This document shows, one piece after another, positions 49,190-64,000 of a stretch of 64,000 nucleotides of DNA. The notes under the pieces were generated by a model. The model made no database searches. It saw nothing but the letters and a program-made list of their open reading frames with translations, and was not told where the DNA came from. This DNA comes from Macrostomum lignano (lineage: Eukaryota), in the NCBI GenBank assembly GCA_002269645.1, contig NIVC01000102.1, positions 577,950 to 641,949 on the forward strand. The letters are read 5' to 3'. The position numbers and the translations under genes were made by a program. Positions within the stretch are counted from its first letter, which is position 1, and each line of letters opens with the position of its first letter.

Positions 49190-50530
49190 ATTTATTTTCT
49201 ATACTATCCTATCCTATCATATACTATCCTACCTTATCCTATCCTATCCTATCCTATCCTACCTTATCCTATCCTATCCTATCCTATCCTATCCTATCAT
49301 ATACTATCCTACCTTATCCTATCCTATCCTATCCTATCCTACCTTATCCTATCCTATCCTATCCTATCCTATCCTACCCTATCCTATCCTATCCTATCCT
49401 ATCCTACCTTATCCTATCCTATCCTATCCTATCCTATCCTATCATATACTATCCTACCTTATCCTATCTTATCCTATCCTATCCTATCCTACCTTATCCT
49501 ATCCTATCCTATCCTATCATATACTATCCTACCTTATCCTATCCTATCCTATCCTATCCTACCCTATCCTATCCTATCCTATCCTACCTTATCCTATCCT
49601 ATCCTATCCTATCCTATCCTATCATATCCTATCCTACCTTATCCTATCCTATCCTATCCTATCCTATCCTATCATATCCTATCCTACCTTATCCTATCCT
49701 ATCCTATCCTATCCTATCCTATCCTATCATATACTATCCTACCTTATCCTATCCTATCCTATCCTATCCTATCCTATCCTATCATATACTATCCTACCTT
49801 ATCCTATCCTATCCTATCCTATCCTACCTCATCCTATCCTACCTTATCCTATCCTATCCTATCCTATCCTATCCTATCCTATCATACACTAGAGTACATT
49901 TGGGGCGCATACGCCTCATTCTCTCTCTCTCTCTCTCTTTTTTCTCTGTCCTGTCATTCCACAAAATATTATGAACATTGCTATACTGTACATTGATCCT
50001 TTAGTCCTTTTATATCATATACTATCCTACCTTATCCTATCCTATCCTATCCTATCCTATCCTATCCTATCCTATCCTATCCTACCTTATCCTATCCTAT
50101 CCTATCCTATCCTATCCTATCCTATCCTATCCTATCCTACCTTATCCTATCCTATCCTATCCTATCCTATCCTATCATATCCTATCCTACCTTATCCTAT
50201 CCTATCCTATCCTATCCTATCCTATCATATCCTATCCTACCTTATCCTATCCTATCCTATCCTATCCTATCCTATCCTATCATATACTATCCTACCTTAT
50301 CCTATCCTATCCTATCCTATCCTATCCTATCCTATCCTATCCTATCCTACCTTATCCTATCCTATCCTATCATATCCTATCCTACCTTATCCTATCCTAT
50401 CCTATCCTATCCTACCTCATCCTATCCTATCCTATCCTATCCTACCTTATCCTATCCTATCCTATCCTATCCTACCCTATCCTATCCTATCCTATCCTAT
50501 TCTATCCTATCCTATCCTATCCTATCCTAA
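49190..50530. repeat. (TCCTA)n pentamer satellite in two blocks (49190-49885, 50015-50530)
   Basis: Recurrent variant ATCATATACTATCCTACCTT in both blocks. Confidence 0.95.
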
Positions 50531-51234
50531 ATATACCAAAGTTATTCTTTGAAAACGATCTGGCTAGGTTCTTGCTATATTAAATTTTCGACGTTGTGAA
50601 ATTTCGAGCTTGTGAAAGCATCCCCCGTCTGCTCCACCTGGGCCTCGAGAAATCCCTTGGCCCAACTCAAGAACCCTCTCATTCTTTTACTTTGATCATC
50701 TTCAACGTTTTGCCACGTACGAAGCCCCGCCTCAAATACCAACAAAACTCTTAGAAATTATTTTGCAATAAAACCAACTGAAAAAATAGATAAAAAACGA
50801 AGACTTAATCACAGATAAAAATGCGACAATTAACTTTATGGCTGCCGCACCAAAACCAGGCTTCGCAGGCTATCATTGTCATCTCTAGCACTGGGTTTGA
50901 GATATAGCGAAGAAGTTTTATTATAATTACTCGGTAGTCAAATTTTACGACCAAGCTCCCAAGGGCCAAGGTGAAAAATAAATAATGACAAATGGCTGCT
51001 ACGATTGTGAGAGATTCGTTAAATAAAAACCGAAATTTCTCTCTTATCTTAATGTTAATGATTAGATGTTCACGTAGGTCACTCTAGGTGTGAAGAAATT
51101 TTATTTCACTACCAGCTAACATTTTCATGATTTTCTACTCGGTCCAAAAATACGAATTCTTATTCTTACAAAAGTAACCAAATTTTAGCTAAGTTTCTTT
51201 AGCTAAGTTTGTAGAATTTTATTAACAAACTGAG

Positions 51235-51966
51235 TTTAGCGCGCCAATTCAATTGGCACCACAGCAAAGATTCTAGCGCTAGTTTAGTACCAAAAGGATT
51301 ATTCTAGCGCTAGTTTAGCGCCGAAAAGATTACTCTAGCGCCAATTTTTTTGCCAAAAGGATTATTATAGCGCCACTTTAGCGCCGAAAAGGTTATTCTA
51401 GCGCCAAGTTAGTGTCACAGGAAACATTCTAGCGCCAGTTTAGCGCTGAAAGGATTATTCTAGCGCCAAGTTAGTGTCACAGGAAACATTCTAGCGCCAG
51501 TTTAGCGCTGAAAGGATTATTCTAGCGCCAAGTTAGTGTCACAGGAAACATTCTAGCGCCAGTTTAGCGCCGAAAAGATTACTCTAGCGCCAATTTTTTT
51601 GCCAAAAGGATTATTATAGCGCCACTTTAGCGCCGAAAAGGTTATTCTAGCGCCAATTTAGTGTCACAGGAAACATTCTAGCGCCAGTTTAGCGCTGAAA
51701 GGATTATTCTAGCGCCAAGTTAGTGTCACAGGAAACATTCTAGCGCCAGTTTAGCGCTGAAAGGATTATTCTAGCGCCAAGTTAGTGTCACAGGAAACAT
51801 TCTAGCGCCAGTTTAGCGCTGAAAGGATTATTATAGCGCCAATTTAGTGTCACAGGAAACATTCTAGCGCCAGTTTAGCGCTGAAAGGATCATTCTAGCG
51901 CCAGTTAAGTGTCACAAGAAACATTCTAGCGCCAGTTTAGCGCCAAAAGGATTATTATAGCGCCAG
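51235..51966. repeat. 31-bp monomers arranged as 62-bp dimers (TTCTAGCGCCAGTTTAGCGCTGAAAGGATTA + TTCTAGCGCCAAGTTAGTGTCACAGGAAACA)
   Basis: TTCTAGCGCC occurs at 51427, 51458 and 51489. Confidence 0.93.
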
Positions 51967-52185
51967 TTGAGTGCCACAATATCCAAGTATTCTAATTTTG
52001 CAACTGTTTCTATCTACATCAGCCATAGGGTACACCAGACGAATAGAGACGCTGGGGCAATACGATCGTATTGTCAATTGGAATTCCTTTGTAAATTTTT
52101 ATTAACCAATAATGCTATTGTGTCACAGACTACTGCAGCCGCTGTGACTTTAAATTATTGTTCCCGTGCCAGCAGAGAGGAAGAG

Positions 52186-52188
<3 letters not shown>

Positions 52189-52276
<88 letters not shown>
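52189..52276. repeat. (AG)n microsatellite
   Basis: Direct sequence. Confidence 0.97.
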
Positions 52277-52277
<1 letters not shown>

Positions 52278-52686
52278 GTTACAGGAAGCTTGGAAGTGCA
52301 AAATACCAAATGCCAAAAACGACAACTACAATTAACTTTTCCACCGACAGACAGACAGACCTTTGCGTTCGGCGGTAACTCCATACACAGAGAGTCACTG
52401 GAATTCCTGGCAATGCAAATCGGAACTTTCAACGGACATTTTTTCCTGAAAAACTAATGCCAGCATGCAGTTGGCTTTTAAGCGGTTTTTTTTGTTCGAG
52501 ACCGCCATCGACGGAGAGATAGATGTCTCTGTATAAAACTCGCTTTGAAATAATAAACCATTGGTATGCAAGGTTGCGGTAAGCCTGCATGTAGTTTGAA
52601 ATTAGGAATGAACCTGGAAAAAATTTAAAACCAGCCAAACAGATTATAAAGAAGGTCAAATTGCTGAAATGTCAAAACTGGTCTGA

Positions 52687-53420
52687 TGCTGTTTTTGGTG
52701 CTGTTTTTGGTGCTGTTTTTGGTGCTGTTTTTGGTGCTGGTTTTGGTGCTGTTTTTGTTGCTGGTTTTGGTGCTGTTTTTTGGTGCTGTTTTTTGGTGCT
52801 GTTTTTGGTGCTGTTTTTGGTGCTGTTTTTGGTGCTGTTTTTGGTGCTGTTTTTGGTGCTGTTTTTGGTGCTGTTTTTGGTGCTGTTTTTGGTGCTGTTT
52901 TTGGTGCTGTTTTTGGTGCTGTTTTTGGTGCTGTTTTTGGTGCTGTTTTTGGTGCTGTTTTTGGTGCTGTTTTTGGTGCTGTTTTTGGTGCTGTTTTGGT
53001 GCTGTTTTTTGGTGCTGTTTTGGTGCTGTTTTTTGGTGCTGTTTTTGGTGCTGTTTTTGGTGCTGTTTTTGGTGCTGTTTTTGGTGCTGTTTTTGGTGCT
53101 GTTTTTGGTGCTGTTTTGGTGCTGTTTTGGTGCTGTTTTGGTGCTGTTTTGGTGCTGTTTTGGTGCTGGTTTTGGTGCTGGTTTTGGTGCTGTTTTGGTG
53201 CTGTTTTGGTGCTGTTTTGGTGCTGTTTTGGTGCTGTTTTGGTGCTGTTTTGGTGCTGGTTTTGGTGCTGGTTTTGGTGCTGTTTTGGTGCTGTTTTGGT
53301 GCTGGTTTTGGTGCTGGTTTTGGTGCTGTTTTGGTGCTGTTTTGGTGCTGTTTTGGTGCTGTTTTTGGTGCTGTTTTTTGGTGCTGGTTTTGGTGCTGTT
53401 TTTGGTGCTGTTTTGGTGTT
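52687..53420. repeat. 11/12-bp minisatellite GGTGCTGTTTT(T)
   Basis: Mostly 12-mers on the left and 11-mers on the right. Confidence 0.95.
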
Positions 53421-54116
53421 GCTGACGTTTTTTGGAAACCCTGGCTGCTGTTTTTGTATCGGTATATTATTTTGTCCCTTATGCTGTTTCTGAAGCTGAG
53501 TACGATGCTCAAGATTGCTCAATCTGTGACCCAAAATTTGGCGCATGTCCAACTAAACAAATTTCACGAACAAAACAATTGAGCTCTATCTTTCCGAACT
53601 TGGCAACAAAAACTCTCAAGGCTGATTAAAGGTTGGCGGTTGCGGCAGCGCCACTCGAAGAGGTCCCCCAGCGAAGGCTTACCCCCAGGTGAGTCGACCG
53701 GTTTTCTGCTCCAACCTTTTGCTGCTTTCGGGGGCGTTAATTAAAAAGCACCCCCTGTGAAGCTTCTGCCTGGAGCCACTTATATTTTGCTCTCGCTCTC
53801 TCTACTCTCCCACTAGTTTTGTCTTCAAGTGGCCTTTTTTCTTTGCCGCTCTCCGTGTGCAACCAGGCAGGCAGACACCGGTGTGTGACTGAATAGCGTC
53901 TTCATGCAGTCCAATAGATTCCATCTTTGATGCTTCAGACCTGCGGCGAGCCTGCGCTGTTGCAACTGGGGTGGTGGCACTCCTTTGACAGGAATGGCCA
54001 GACAGGTATTATCATAAGCTGCCGCTGGCCCGTGGGTCTTGACAAGTCTGAGAATGACAAACTGCGGGGGATTTTCAAGTGCTTTCTCACAGGTGTAGCA
54101 ATACCAAAATGGTTGT

Positions 54117-55492
<1,376 letters not shown>

Positions 55493-56098
55493 TATCTATA
55501 TAATGAAGATACATATTCTACCGCGATGAAGATAATTTTCTTCTTGAAGCAACATTAAGTGTTTATACCCCGCTCATCTGTCCTCTTACGCAGATGGGGA
55601 GTCGCTGGGCAGCTCTTGCAGAAAGCGGATGATGACGCATTAAGGCGGGCATCATCAGCCAGGGGCAGCTGGATGCAGGAAGACGCACGGAAACCAATAG
55701 CCGCAATCATAGTGGAACCTCAGCAATCAACACAAACCCGCCTCTCTCTCTCTCTCTCACCGTGATTGACACCCCAATAGTCCCTCTGCGTACAGTCAAA
55801 GCGACACCATTCGCTTCTCCTAGAGGCAAGAGAGGCAAGGCAAAGCTTGGGTCTATCGGTCCCAGTTCGCGGGCCAATAGTGGCAGGCGGACTTCAGCTA
55901 TTGGCTGAGCCCAGATCGCCCTACCATTCTAATAAACTGTTTCAGACTCACACGGGGCTTAAGTTGCCTGCCCCTCTGCCAAGCTTTCAAAGCACTTCAA
56001 AATAGGGCCCAGCAGGTTTAGTAGGCAATTTCGTAGGCATGTATCTCCTGAGCAGGTTTTGAAGCATTAAAAATCTAATCGAGAAAATACTTTAGGCC

Positions 56099-57361
56099 AT
56101 GCGTTGCTCCTGCATGAACAGCGGGTTTTGGTTCCGGCGTCTCGCCAGCCTGACCGTCTGCTGTCTCTTCCTGGCCATCAGGGCCGCCTCCAAGCCGCCG
56201 TGTCCAGCGCAGGCTCCCTGCCAGTGCACCGACCTGCGGATCAAGTGCGTTCAGCGCGAGAGCGAGTCTCTGAACTACCTGGACCGAGTGCCCTACTTTG
56301 TGCCCAGCAACCGCGAGACTCGATGGTCGTACAATTTTCACGAGCTCCGAGTTCGAGAACACGCGATGACTCAGTTGACTCTGCAGTTCCACTGGGGTGT
56401 TCTCAATGTCCGACGAGTCGAGGTTACCAGCTCGCTGGTTCGCGAGATTCAACCAGGCGCGTTCCAGGGACTGCTTGGTGTGGAGTCCTTGAACCTGTCG
56501 CACAACCTGCTGTCCAGCCTCGGCAACGAAGATCTTAGAGACCTGCCGTCGCTTCGCGAGCTCGTGCTCCACAATAATCTCATCAAGACGGTGGCCCTCG
56601 GCGCGTTTCGGCACACCGCGTTCATAGCCAAACTCTACCTCAGCCACAACTACATCACGGAGGTGCCGCCCGGAATCCGACAGCTCACCAACCTGATGAA
56701 TCTCTATCTGCAGTTCAACAAAATCTCCACCATACCCGACAATGCGTTCCACGGTTTGAGAAAGCTCATCATTCTCGACCTAGGCGCCCTGCAGAGGGAC
56801 TTAGTCATCCAGAGGCGAGCGTTCTGCGGTTTGACCTCGCCGCAATCCGCTGACTCGTCCGTCGGCGTTCAAGACGGCGGCGGCTTGGTGGCACTGTACC
56901 TGCGCGGTAACATCCTTCGCCAGCTCGACCTGTGCGCCATCGGTCAGGCGAGAAGCTTGCGCGGCCTCAACCTGACTGCAACTTTCTTTCCATGCAGCTG
57001 TCAGACCGCCAGCTTCGCTAACCGGCGCGACTGGTCTCGGTGGTACGGCTTCTCGCCCAGGTTCGTCACCTTCGACAGGAGCCTACTGCACGACTGCAGC
57101 CCACAGTGCCGTCCGCAGCCGTGCGTCGACGCCTGCGCTGAGCCCAGCTCCAGCTTCGACTCGCCACTGTTGAAGACTTCGGACCCGGCTCAAGAGGCCG
57201 AGAGCACCTGGTTCGACTCGACCAGGCTGCAAGTTCGAGGCGGTGAAGCGGGTAGCAACAATGAAGGCAAAGGTGCAGCACGGCTCCTTCTGTCAGCAAC
57301 GTTCGCAGCAGCACCGCCGCTTCTGCTCAGACTCTCTGTACAGCTGCTCACTTCATGGTAG
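56099..57361 (+). CDS. Extracellular leucine-rich repeat protein, probably GPI-anchored (420 aa, intronless)
   Basis: Signal-like N-terminus, LRRNT CPAQAPCQCTDLRIKC, about 7-8 LRRs (LNLSHN, LVLHNN, LYLSHN, LYLQFN, LYLRGN), an LRRCT-like FPCSCQ...C...C, a Ser/Gly-rich stalk and a terminal hydrophobic tail with no cytoplasmic domain. Confidence 0.85.
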   Translation: MRCSCMNSGFWFRRLASLTVCCLFLAIRAASKPPCPAQAPCQCTDLRIKCVQRESESLNYLDRVPYFVPSNRETRWSYNFHELRVREHAMTQLTLQFHWGVLNVRRVEVTSSLVREIQPGAFQGLLGVESLNLSHNLLSSLGNEDLRDLPSLRELVLHNNLIKTVALGAFRHTAFIAKLYLSHNYITEVPPGIRQLTNLMNLYLQFNKISTIPDNAFHGLRKLIILDLGALQRDLVIQRRAFCGLTSPQSADSSVGVQDGGGLVALYLRGNILRQLDLCAIGQARSLRGLNLTATFFPCSCQTASFANRRDWSRWYGFSPRFVTFDRSLLHDCSPQCRPQPCVDACAEPSSSFDSPLLKTSDPAQEAESTWFDSTRLQVRGGEAGSNNEGKGAARLLLSATFAAAPPLLLRLSVQLLTSW

Positions 57362-57689
57362 CTTTCTTAGTTGCTTAGCAGATTTATATTTAGCTATAAT
57401 TTTTGTGAATGCCTACCTGCTTTCTGCCAGACATGACATGTACAGTATCTATAGCCACTGTCTGTGTATGCATTACTCTCAAATCCACATAAATTTCTAT
57501 ATTAAAAGCAAGTCTCATAATTAAAGGCGTATTAGACAACTAAAAAATTTATTTTGCCTGTGTTCTTTAAACTGTATATTATTTTTTGATTGAGTTCAAA
57601 CATAATCTCCAATAATTCTGAATGATAGTGCTAGCCGAGGGGCGCTAATTTTGCTGGTTTCTAGGAGCACGGAATCTAGTAGCTATAAG

Positions 57690-57955
57690 GCTGCCAAAAT
57701 CCCGTTGCTAGGGAAGAAAAATCCTGTTGTTAGGAGCACCGAATTCCGTTGCTAGGGCGCCAAATCCCATCACTAGGGAACCGAAATCCCGTTGCTAGGA
57801 TCGCAGAACCTCGTTGCTAGGGTCGCCCAATATCGTCACTAGGGAAGCGAATTTCCGTTGCTAGGAGCGCCAAATCCCGTTGCTAGGAGCGCCAAATCCC
57901 GTTGCTAGGAGCGCCAAATCCCGTTGCTAGGGCGCCAAATCTAATTGCTAGGGCC
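57690..57955. repeat. 22-bp degenerate minisatellite CCCGTTGCTAGGAGCGCCAAAT
   Basis: Period of 22 (57855, 57877). Confidence 0.85.
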
Positions 57956-58623
57956 GTCTGATTTAGAATTAGGAATTGCATTAATAATCTCAGCCATGGA
58001 CCTTTTTATAAGATTTTTTTAAAGTCATGGACAACTCGCTATTCATTTTATTTGAATATTTCTATATCGTTATCAACAGACACGATTACATCGTCAAATA
58101 AAAATGATTAAAATTGGAGCATTTCTCATTTCGTAATACTCGTAATAAAATGGGGGGGGGTTTCCGCAGGGCTTGAGACTGCAGACTAACAATGCAATAT
58201 TGTAGCGATAATCTATGAAATAGCTCGTACTATGTATTATAGGATTATAATGGCTTTCTTAAATCTAGCTAGTGACTAGGTGAAGCAAGCGAGTGCAACG
58301 GAAAGGTGTGAGGTGACTCACTGCTCAGTGCTTCAGTTAGCCGCGCTTGTATAACACCGAATTGTAAATAAGAGAAAAGTGAAGGAAATGAAAAATAGCT
58401 AATCATAATCTTTGAGAAAATTGTGTCCAGAACAAAGAGACTCGCCAAGTTTTGAATAGTTGTTACACACGTACTCATTTTTTATTTTGGGCGTTAGAAA
58501 ATGTTACTTTTTGCTTTTTGTTATAGCATGCCATTTACACACAAATCATGGGCTGAGACCTGCACGCAATGCTGTCTTGCAAAAATGTCTTGAGCTTATG
58601 GGACTTGACTGTCAGTTCTACAC

Positions 58624-59711
58624 GAGTTGTGGCGCTTATCATGAGTTGTGGCGCTTATCATGAGTTGTGGCGCTTATCATGAGTTGTGGCGCTTATCATG
58701 AGTTGTGGCGCTTATCATGAATTGTGGCGCTTATCATGAATTGTGGCGCTTATCATTAATTATGGCGCTTATCGAGAATTGTGGCGCTTATCATGAGTTG
58801 TGGCGCTTATCATGAATTGTGGTGCTTATCGAGAATTGTGGCGTTTATCATGAGTTGTGGCGCTTATCGTGAGTTGTAGCGCTTATCATGAGTTGTGGCG
58901 CTTATCATGAGTTGTGGCGCTTATCATGAATTGTGGCGCTTATCATGAATTGTGGCGCTTATCATGAGTTGTGGCGCTTATCATGAATTGTGGTGCTTAT
59001 CGAGAATTGTGGCGTTTATCATGAGTTGTGGCGCTTATCGTGAGTTGTAGCGCTTATCATGAGTTGTGGCGCTTATCATGAGTTGTGGCGCTTATCATGA
59101 ATTGTGGCGCTTATCATGAATTGTGGCGCTTATCATGAGTTGTGGCGCTTATCGAGAATTGTGGCGCTTATCATGAGTTGTGGCGCTTATCATGAGTTGT
59201 GGCGCTTATCATGAGTTGTGGCGCTTATCATGAGTTGTGGCGCTTATCATGAATTGTGGCGCTTATCATTAATTGTGGCGCTTATCATTAATTATGGCGC
59301 TTATCGAGAATTGTGGCGCTTATCATGAGTTGTGGCGCTTATCATGAATTGTGGTGCTTATCGAGAATTGTGGCGTTTATCATGAGTTGTGGCGCTTATC
59401 GTGAGTTGTAGCGCTTATCATGAGTTGTGGCGCTTATCATGAGTTGTGGCGCTTATCATGAATTGTGGCGCTTATCATGAATTGTGGCGCTTATCATGAG
59501 TTGTGGCGCTTATCGAGAATTGTGGCGCTTATCATGAGTTGTGGCGCTTATCATGAGTTGTGGCGCTTATCGAGAATTGTGGCGCTTATCATGAATTGTG
59601 GCGCTTATCATGAGTTGTGGCGCTTATCATGAGTTGTGGCGCTTATCATGAGTTGTGGCGCTTATCATGAATTGTGGCGCTTATCATGAATTGTGGCGCT
59701 TATCATTAATT
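58624..59711. repeat. 19-bp minisatellite GAGTTGTGGCGCTTATCAT x~57
   Basis: Period of 19. The same variant block occurs at 58841, 59012 and 59373. Confidence 0.97.
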
Positions 59712-60394
59712 GAGGCGATTATTTGAATAAGCTCATTAATCTAAGCGGATGTGACAAACTCAGCAACTTCATTTCCAAGTTTGCAGAACCGCGTAACTGC
59801 CCAGGAGGACCAGCGCTAGGGTTGGCAGGCCATGAAGAGATCTGCATTTCATAATCCTTTTGTACACAGCTCGTATTATTTTCCTAAGATCCTCGAACAT
59901 TTTTAGCCAAATCTCTCCCCAGATATACAAAGTAATTATTATGCTCATCCACGCTGAGCAAATAGCAATATCGAGGGCCCTGAATGACTGAAGTGACTCA
60001 GCTGTCAAAAAAAGAAGAGAAAAGACAAGCACAGCACAAGCCAGGTAATATTGATAAACCTATTAAACTTGAAAGCGCATGGAGTCGGAATGCAAATGGA
60101 AAACCAAGGAAAGGAAGGAAACAGGGAGAAAGCTACGACAGACAGACGGACACGTGGCAGAGAGCTTGTTAAGTTTGACAAGACTGAGCCAGATACTTCT
60201 TAAGTCAACATATGGATTGCTCAAGCTAATCTCTTTTTTCCCCAAAAAAACTGAAAATCTACAGAAACTACAAGACCTAATTGACTGGCTTCACAAAACT
60301 ACATTTTTTACTAGCTAAAGCCAGTCAAACTACAAGACCTAATTGACTGGCTTCACAAAACTACCTTTTTAACTAGCTAAAGCTTGGCAAACTA

Positions 60395-61262
60395 CAAAAT
60401 TAACAAGCTACAAAATTCATAGACTACACATTCACAAAGAACATAATTAAAAATACTAGACACTTCAGAAACTATACAATTCACAGACTACAAAGTTTAA
60501 AAACTAAACAATTCACAAACTACACAAGTCACAAACTACACAAGTCACAAACTACACAAGTCACAAACTACACAATTCACAAACTACACAAGTCACAAAC
60601 TACACAAGTCACAAACTACACAAGTCACAAACTACACAATTCACAAACTACACAAGTCACAAACTACACAAGTCACAAACTACACAATTCACAAACTACA
60701 CAATTTACAAACTACACAATTCACAAACTACACAATTCACAAACTACACAATTTACAAACTACACAAGTCACAAACTACACAATTCACAAACTACACAAT
60801 TCACAAACTACACAATTTACAAACTACACAATTCACAAACTACGCAAGTCACAAACTATACAATTCACAGACAACAAAGTAAAAAAACTACACAATTCAC
60901 AAACTACACTATTCACAAACTACAAAATTCACAAAATACACAATTCACAAACGACAAAAGTCATAAATTATATAATTTAAAAACTACACTATTCACAAGC
61001 TACACAATTCACAAATTACACAATTCACAAACTAAACAATTCACAAACTACACAATTCAGAAACTACACAAGTCACAGACTACGCAATTTACAAACTACA
61101 CAATTCACAAACTACACAATTCACAAACTACACAAGTCACAAACTACACAATTCACAAACTACAAAATTCACAATCTACACAATTCACAGACTACGCAAT
61201 TCACAAACTACACAATTCACAAGCTAAACAATTCACAAACTACACAAGTCACAAACTACAAT
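60395..61262. repeat. 16-bp minisatellite TCACAAACTACACAA(G/T), preceded by a ~35-bp direct repeat at 60268/60330
   Basis: Period of 16 (60545, 60561). Confidence 0.93.
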
Positions 61263-61659
61263 AAACAGCGTATCTAAAACTAAGGAAGTAATACTTTGGT
61301 TTTCCAGACGTTGGTTGACGCTCCTTGGCTGCTCTCCCACTTCCACTACAAGTCGGACATTTCTGTGTCATAAATCAGCCAGTTTCCACTCAGTGATCAG
61401 TCAGACAGACAGGAAAGACCCTCGCACCCAAGTACCAGATGGTCTGCTTCTTTCTCTGCGTGTCGCTAAAACTCAGAATACTCAGAAGACGGGGAAGATT
61501 TGGTTTTGAGGATATTTTCCTCTCAAATTGGACGGAGTCAGTTGTAGGTTAATTACTTACAAGCTGCTTCGAAAGGTCTTTGTTCTGCGGCTGAGTTGGG
61601 GATAAAATTCTGGCTAGAGGCTATAGTCATTCTGAATTCTGCCTCTCTCTGCAATTTGG

Positions 61660-61744
61660 GCGACACAATTTTATCTCTCTTTGACCCTGACGATTCTCCT
61701 CTCTATGAACATGATCATTCATCTCCCTATGACCCTGCTCATTC

Positions 61745-61775
<31 letters not shown>

Positions 61776-62095
61776 ATGACCCAGATCATTCCCCTTTCTA
61801 GGATCCTGCTCATTTCCCTCTCCATGAGCTGGTAATTCCTCTCTTCATGACCCTGCTCATTCTCTTCCGTGTGACACTGCTCATTCCTCCCTATATGAAC
61901 TTGATTGTTCCCCTTTCTTTGGTCCTTTTCATTCAAATCTTTATGACATTGATCACTATTGGGTTTATGACCCTGCTCATTTCCATCTCAATGACGCTGT
62001 CATTCCTCACCCTATGAACCTGCTCATTTTCCTCTCTATGACCCTGCTCATTTGCCTACATGATCCCGTTCATTTCTCCCCTCTCTATGACTCTG
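61660..62095. repeat. Degenerate ~26-30-bp repeat (ATGACCCTGCTCATT..CTCTC)
   Basis: Recurrent TGACCCTGCTCATT core. Confidence 0.7.
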
Positions 62096-62521
62096 TTGTC
62101 TAGACCATCCATTGCAATCTTTTTGTGTCCACAGCCCCTATAAGAAGTTTTAACCTGCAGTCCATAGCCATAGCCAATTATTTGAAAATTGCCAGCAAAA
62201 GTCCGGAAGAAAGTAAGTAGCCAATTTAACCATTGGATTTGTCAATAAAAAGCCCACTCTAGTAGGCCGCATGAAATTTAGCTTGGCTACTAAAGGCTTC
62301 AGTCATTTTTAATTACTTTGCACTTTAATAGCTAGCTGTTGGTAGTCAACAACACGGAGCTAAGCATTAGTCAAACTCAGCACATTCATTAGCTCATTAA
62401 AAATCTAGAAAGGACACTTTTTGTTATCATAGGAGCTCTCAACTGTGAAATGAAGATATAAAGTAGAAAGCGAGGTATGAAAGTGAGGAGGCTGACGGGG
62501 AGATACAAGTCAAGAAAGATG

Positions 62522-63166
62522 GGAGACACGGGTAGAGAGGGAGGGCGACATCGGTAGAGAGGGAGGGCGACATCGGTAGAGAGGGAGGGCGACACGGTTA
62601 GAGACGAGAGGGCGACACGGGTAGAGAGGGAGGGCGACATGGGTAGAGAGGGAGGGCGACATCGGTAGAGAGGGAGGGCGACACGGGTAGAGAGGGAGGG
62701 AGACACAGGTAGAGAAGGAGGGAGACACAAGTAGAGGGAGGGCGACATGGGTAGAGAGGGAGGGTGACATCGGTAGAGAGGGAGGGAGACACGGGTAGAG
62801 ACTGGAGGGCGACACGGGTAGAGAGGGAGGGCGACACGGGTAGAGACAGGAGGGCGACACGGGTAGAGAGGGAGGGAGACACGGGTAGAGACGGGAGGGC
62901 GACACGGGTAGAGAGGGAGGGCGACACGGGCAGAGAGGGAGGGAGACACGGGTAGAGAGGGAGGGCGACACGGGCAGAGAGGGAGGGAGACACGGGTAGA
63001 GACGGGAGGGCGACACGGGTAGAGCCGGGAGGGCGACACGGGTAGAGACGAGAGGGCGACACGGGTAGAGAGGGAGGGAGACACGGGTAGAGACGGGAGG
63101 GAGACACGGGTAGAGACGGGAGGGCGACACGGGTAGAGAGGGAGGGAGACACGGGTAGAGATGAGA
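62522..63166. repeat. 22-bp minisatellite GACACGGGTAGAGAGGGAGGGC
   Basis: Period of 22 (62525, 62547). Confidence 0.95.
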
Positions 63167-63824
63167 GGGAGGTACAGATTGAGATGGGAGGCATACACAG
63201 GGAGAAAGGTGAGAAGGAGACTGTAGAGCGCAGAGCACATGCCTCAAGTGAAAAAACATCTCTACTCAACAGGAAAACACACAGGTTTCTATCTGTCTCT
63301 CTCCCTCCTTTCTCTCTAGCCGCCTCATCACCGCGCAGTCTCCCAATTCCTTCAGGAGAGGTTCCAGCACTTGTCACGCAACCTGGAGAGGCTTGTCAGC
63401 TGCTGAAAAAAACTTGCTGAAGAGATGGAGACTGCAAGGGAAAGAGAGGGGAGAGGGGCAGAGAGAGAGAGAGCGCTGAGCGAGGGCACTTCTGCTCCTA
63501 GAGGCAGCAATACCCAGCGATTCTTTGCAGCAACAACTTTTTTTAGTCTAATTTGCAAGTGCGTCAGTCAACTCGAAGCAACAATGCTGACACAGCACGA
63601 CACGTGGAGATGACAACGCATTGCAATTGCAAGAAAAAAGTATTGAAGGCTCAAGCGCCATTCAAGCTGGTTAAGAACACAAAACGCTGGTAGGGACAGA
63701 AAAACAATGCTGCATAGGCAGCTGTTGTGAGACTCTTAATTGTGTCAGTTTTTTGTAAAAAATATTATTTTAGTGGCAGGCCGTTGAGAGAACTTCGTCT
63801 TGTCATGGGAATTTGCATCAGCCT

Positions 63825-64000
63825 TGGCGCCTTATTCTCTCAATTTTAGCGCCATTCAAGCATCGATCTTGGCGCTGTTTAAGCATCGATCTTGGCGCCA
63901 TTCAAGCACCGATCTTGGCGCTGCTTTTTAATCGATCGTGGGGCCATTCAAGCACCGATCTTGGCGCTGTTTAATAATCGATCGTGGCGCCATTCAAGCA
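63825..64000. repeat. ~23-bp minisatellite TTGGCGCCATTCAAGCATCGATC (continues past window end)
   Basis: About 7 copies with variants. Confidence 0.85.

Overview
Eukaryotic animal genomic DNA. It has GT-AG introns, GC-rich exons and about 35 different micro/minisatellite arrays covering roughly a third of the window (my rough tally). The style suggests an invertebrate such as the flatworm Macrostomum, but that is inference only. Supported genes are a small cluster of PAN/C-type-lectin paralogs (two disrupted, one open but with an internal deletion) with an inverted, frameshifted PAN+LamG-like gene between them, a 3-exon ADP-dependent glucokinase (ADPGK), a 2-exon RING-finger transmembrane gene (RNFT-like), an intronless MOSC/mARC-like gene and an intronless, probably GPI-anchored LRR protein. 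Mobile DNA comprises a structurally complete 3.5-kb THAP-domain P-superfamily transposon (37-bp perfect TIRs, 7-bp TSD, one frameshift) and a tRNA-derived CORE-type SINE. There is also a near-identical 1.1-1.3-kb tandem duplication and a CpG-free AT-rich island. Most long ORFs in the supplied track are translations of tandem repeats. No CRISPR array, rRNA or true tRNA is supported.
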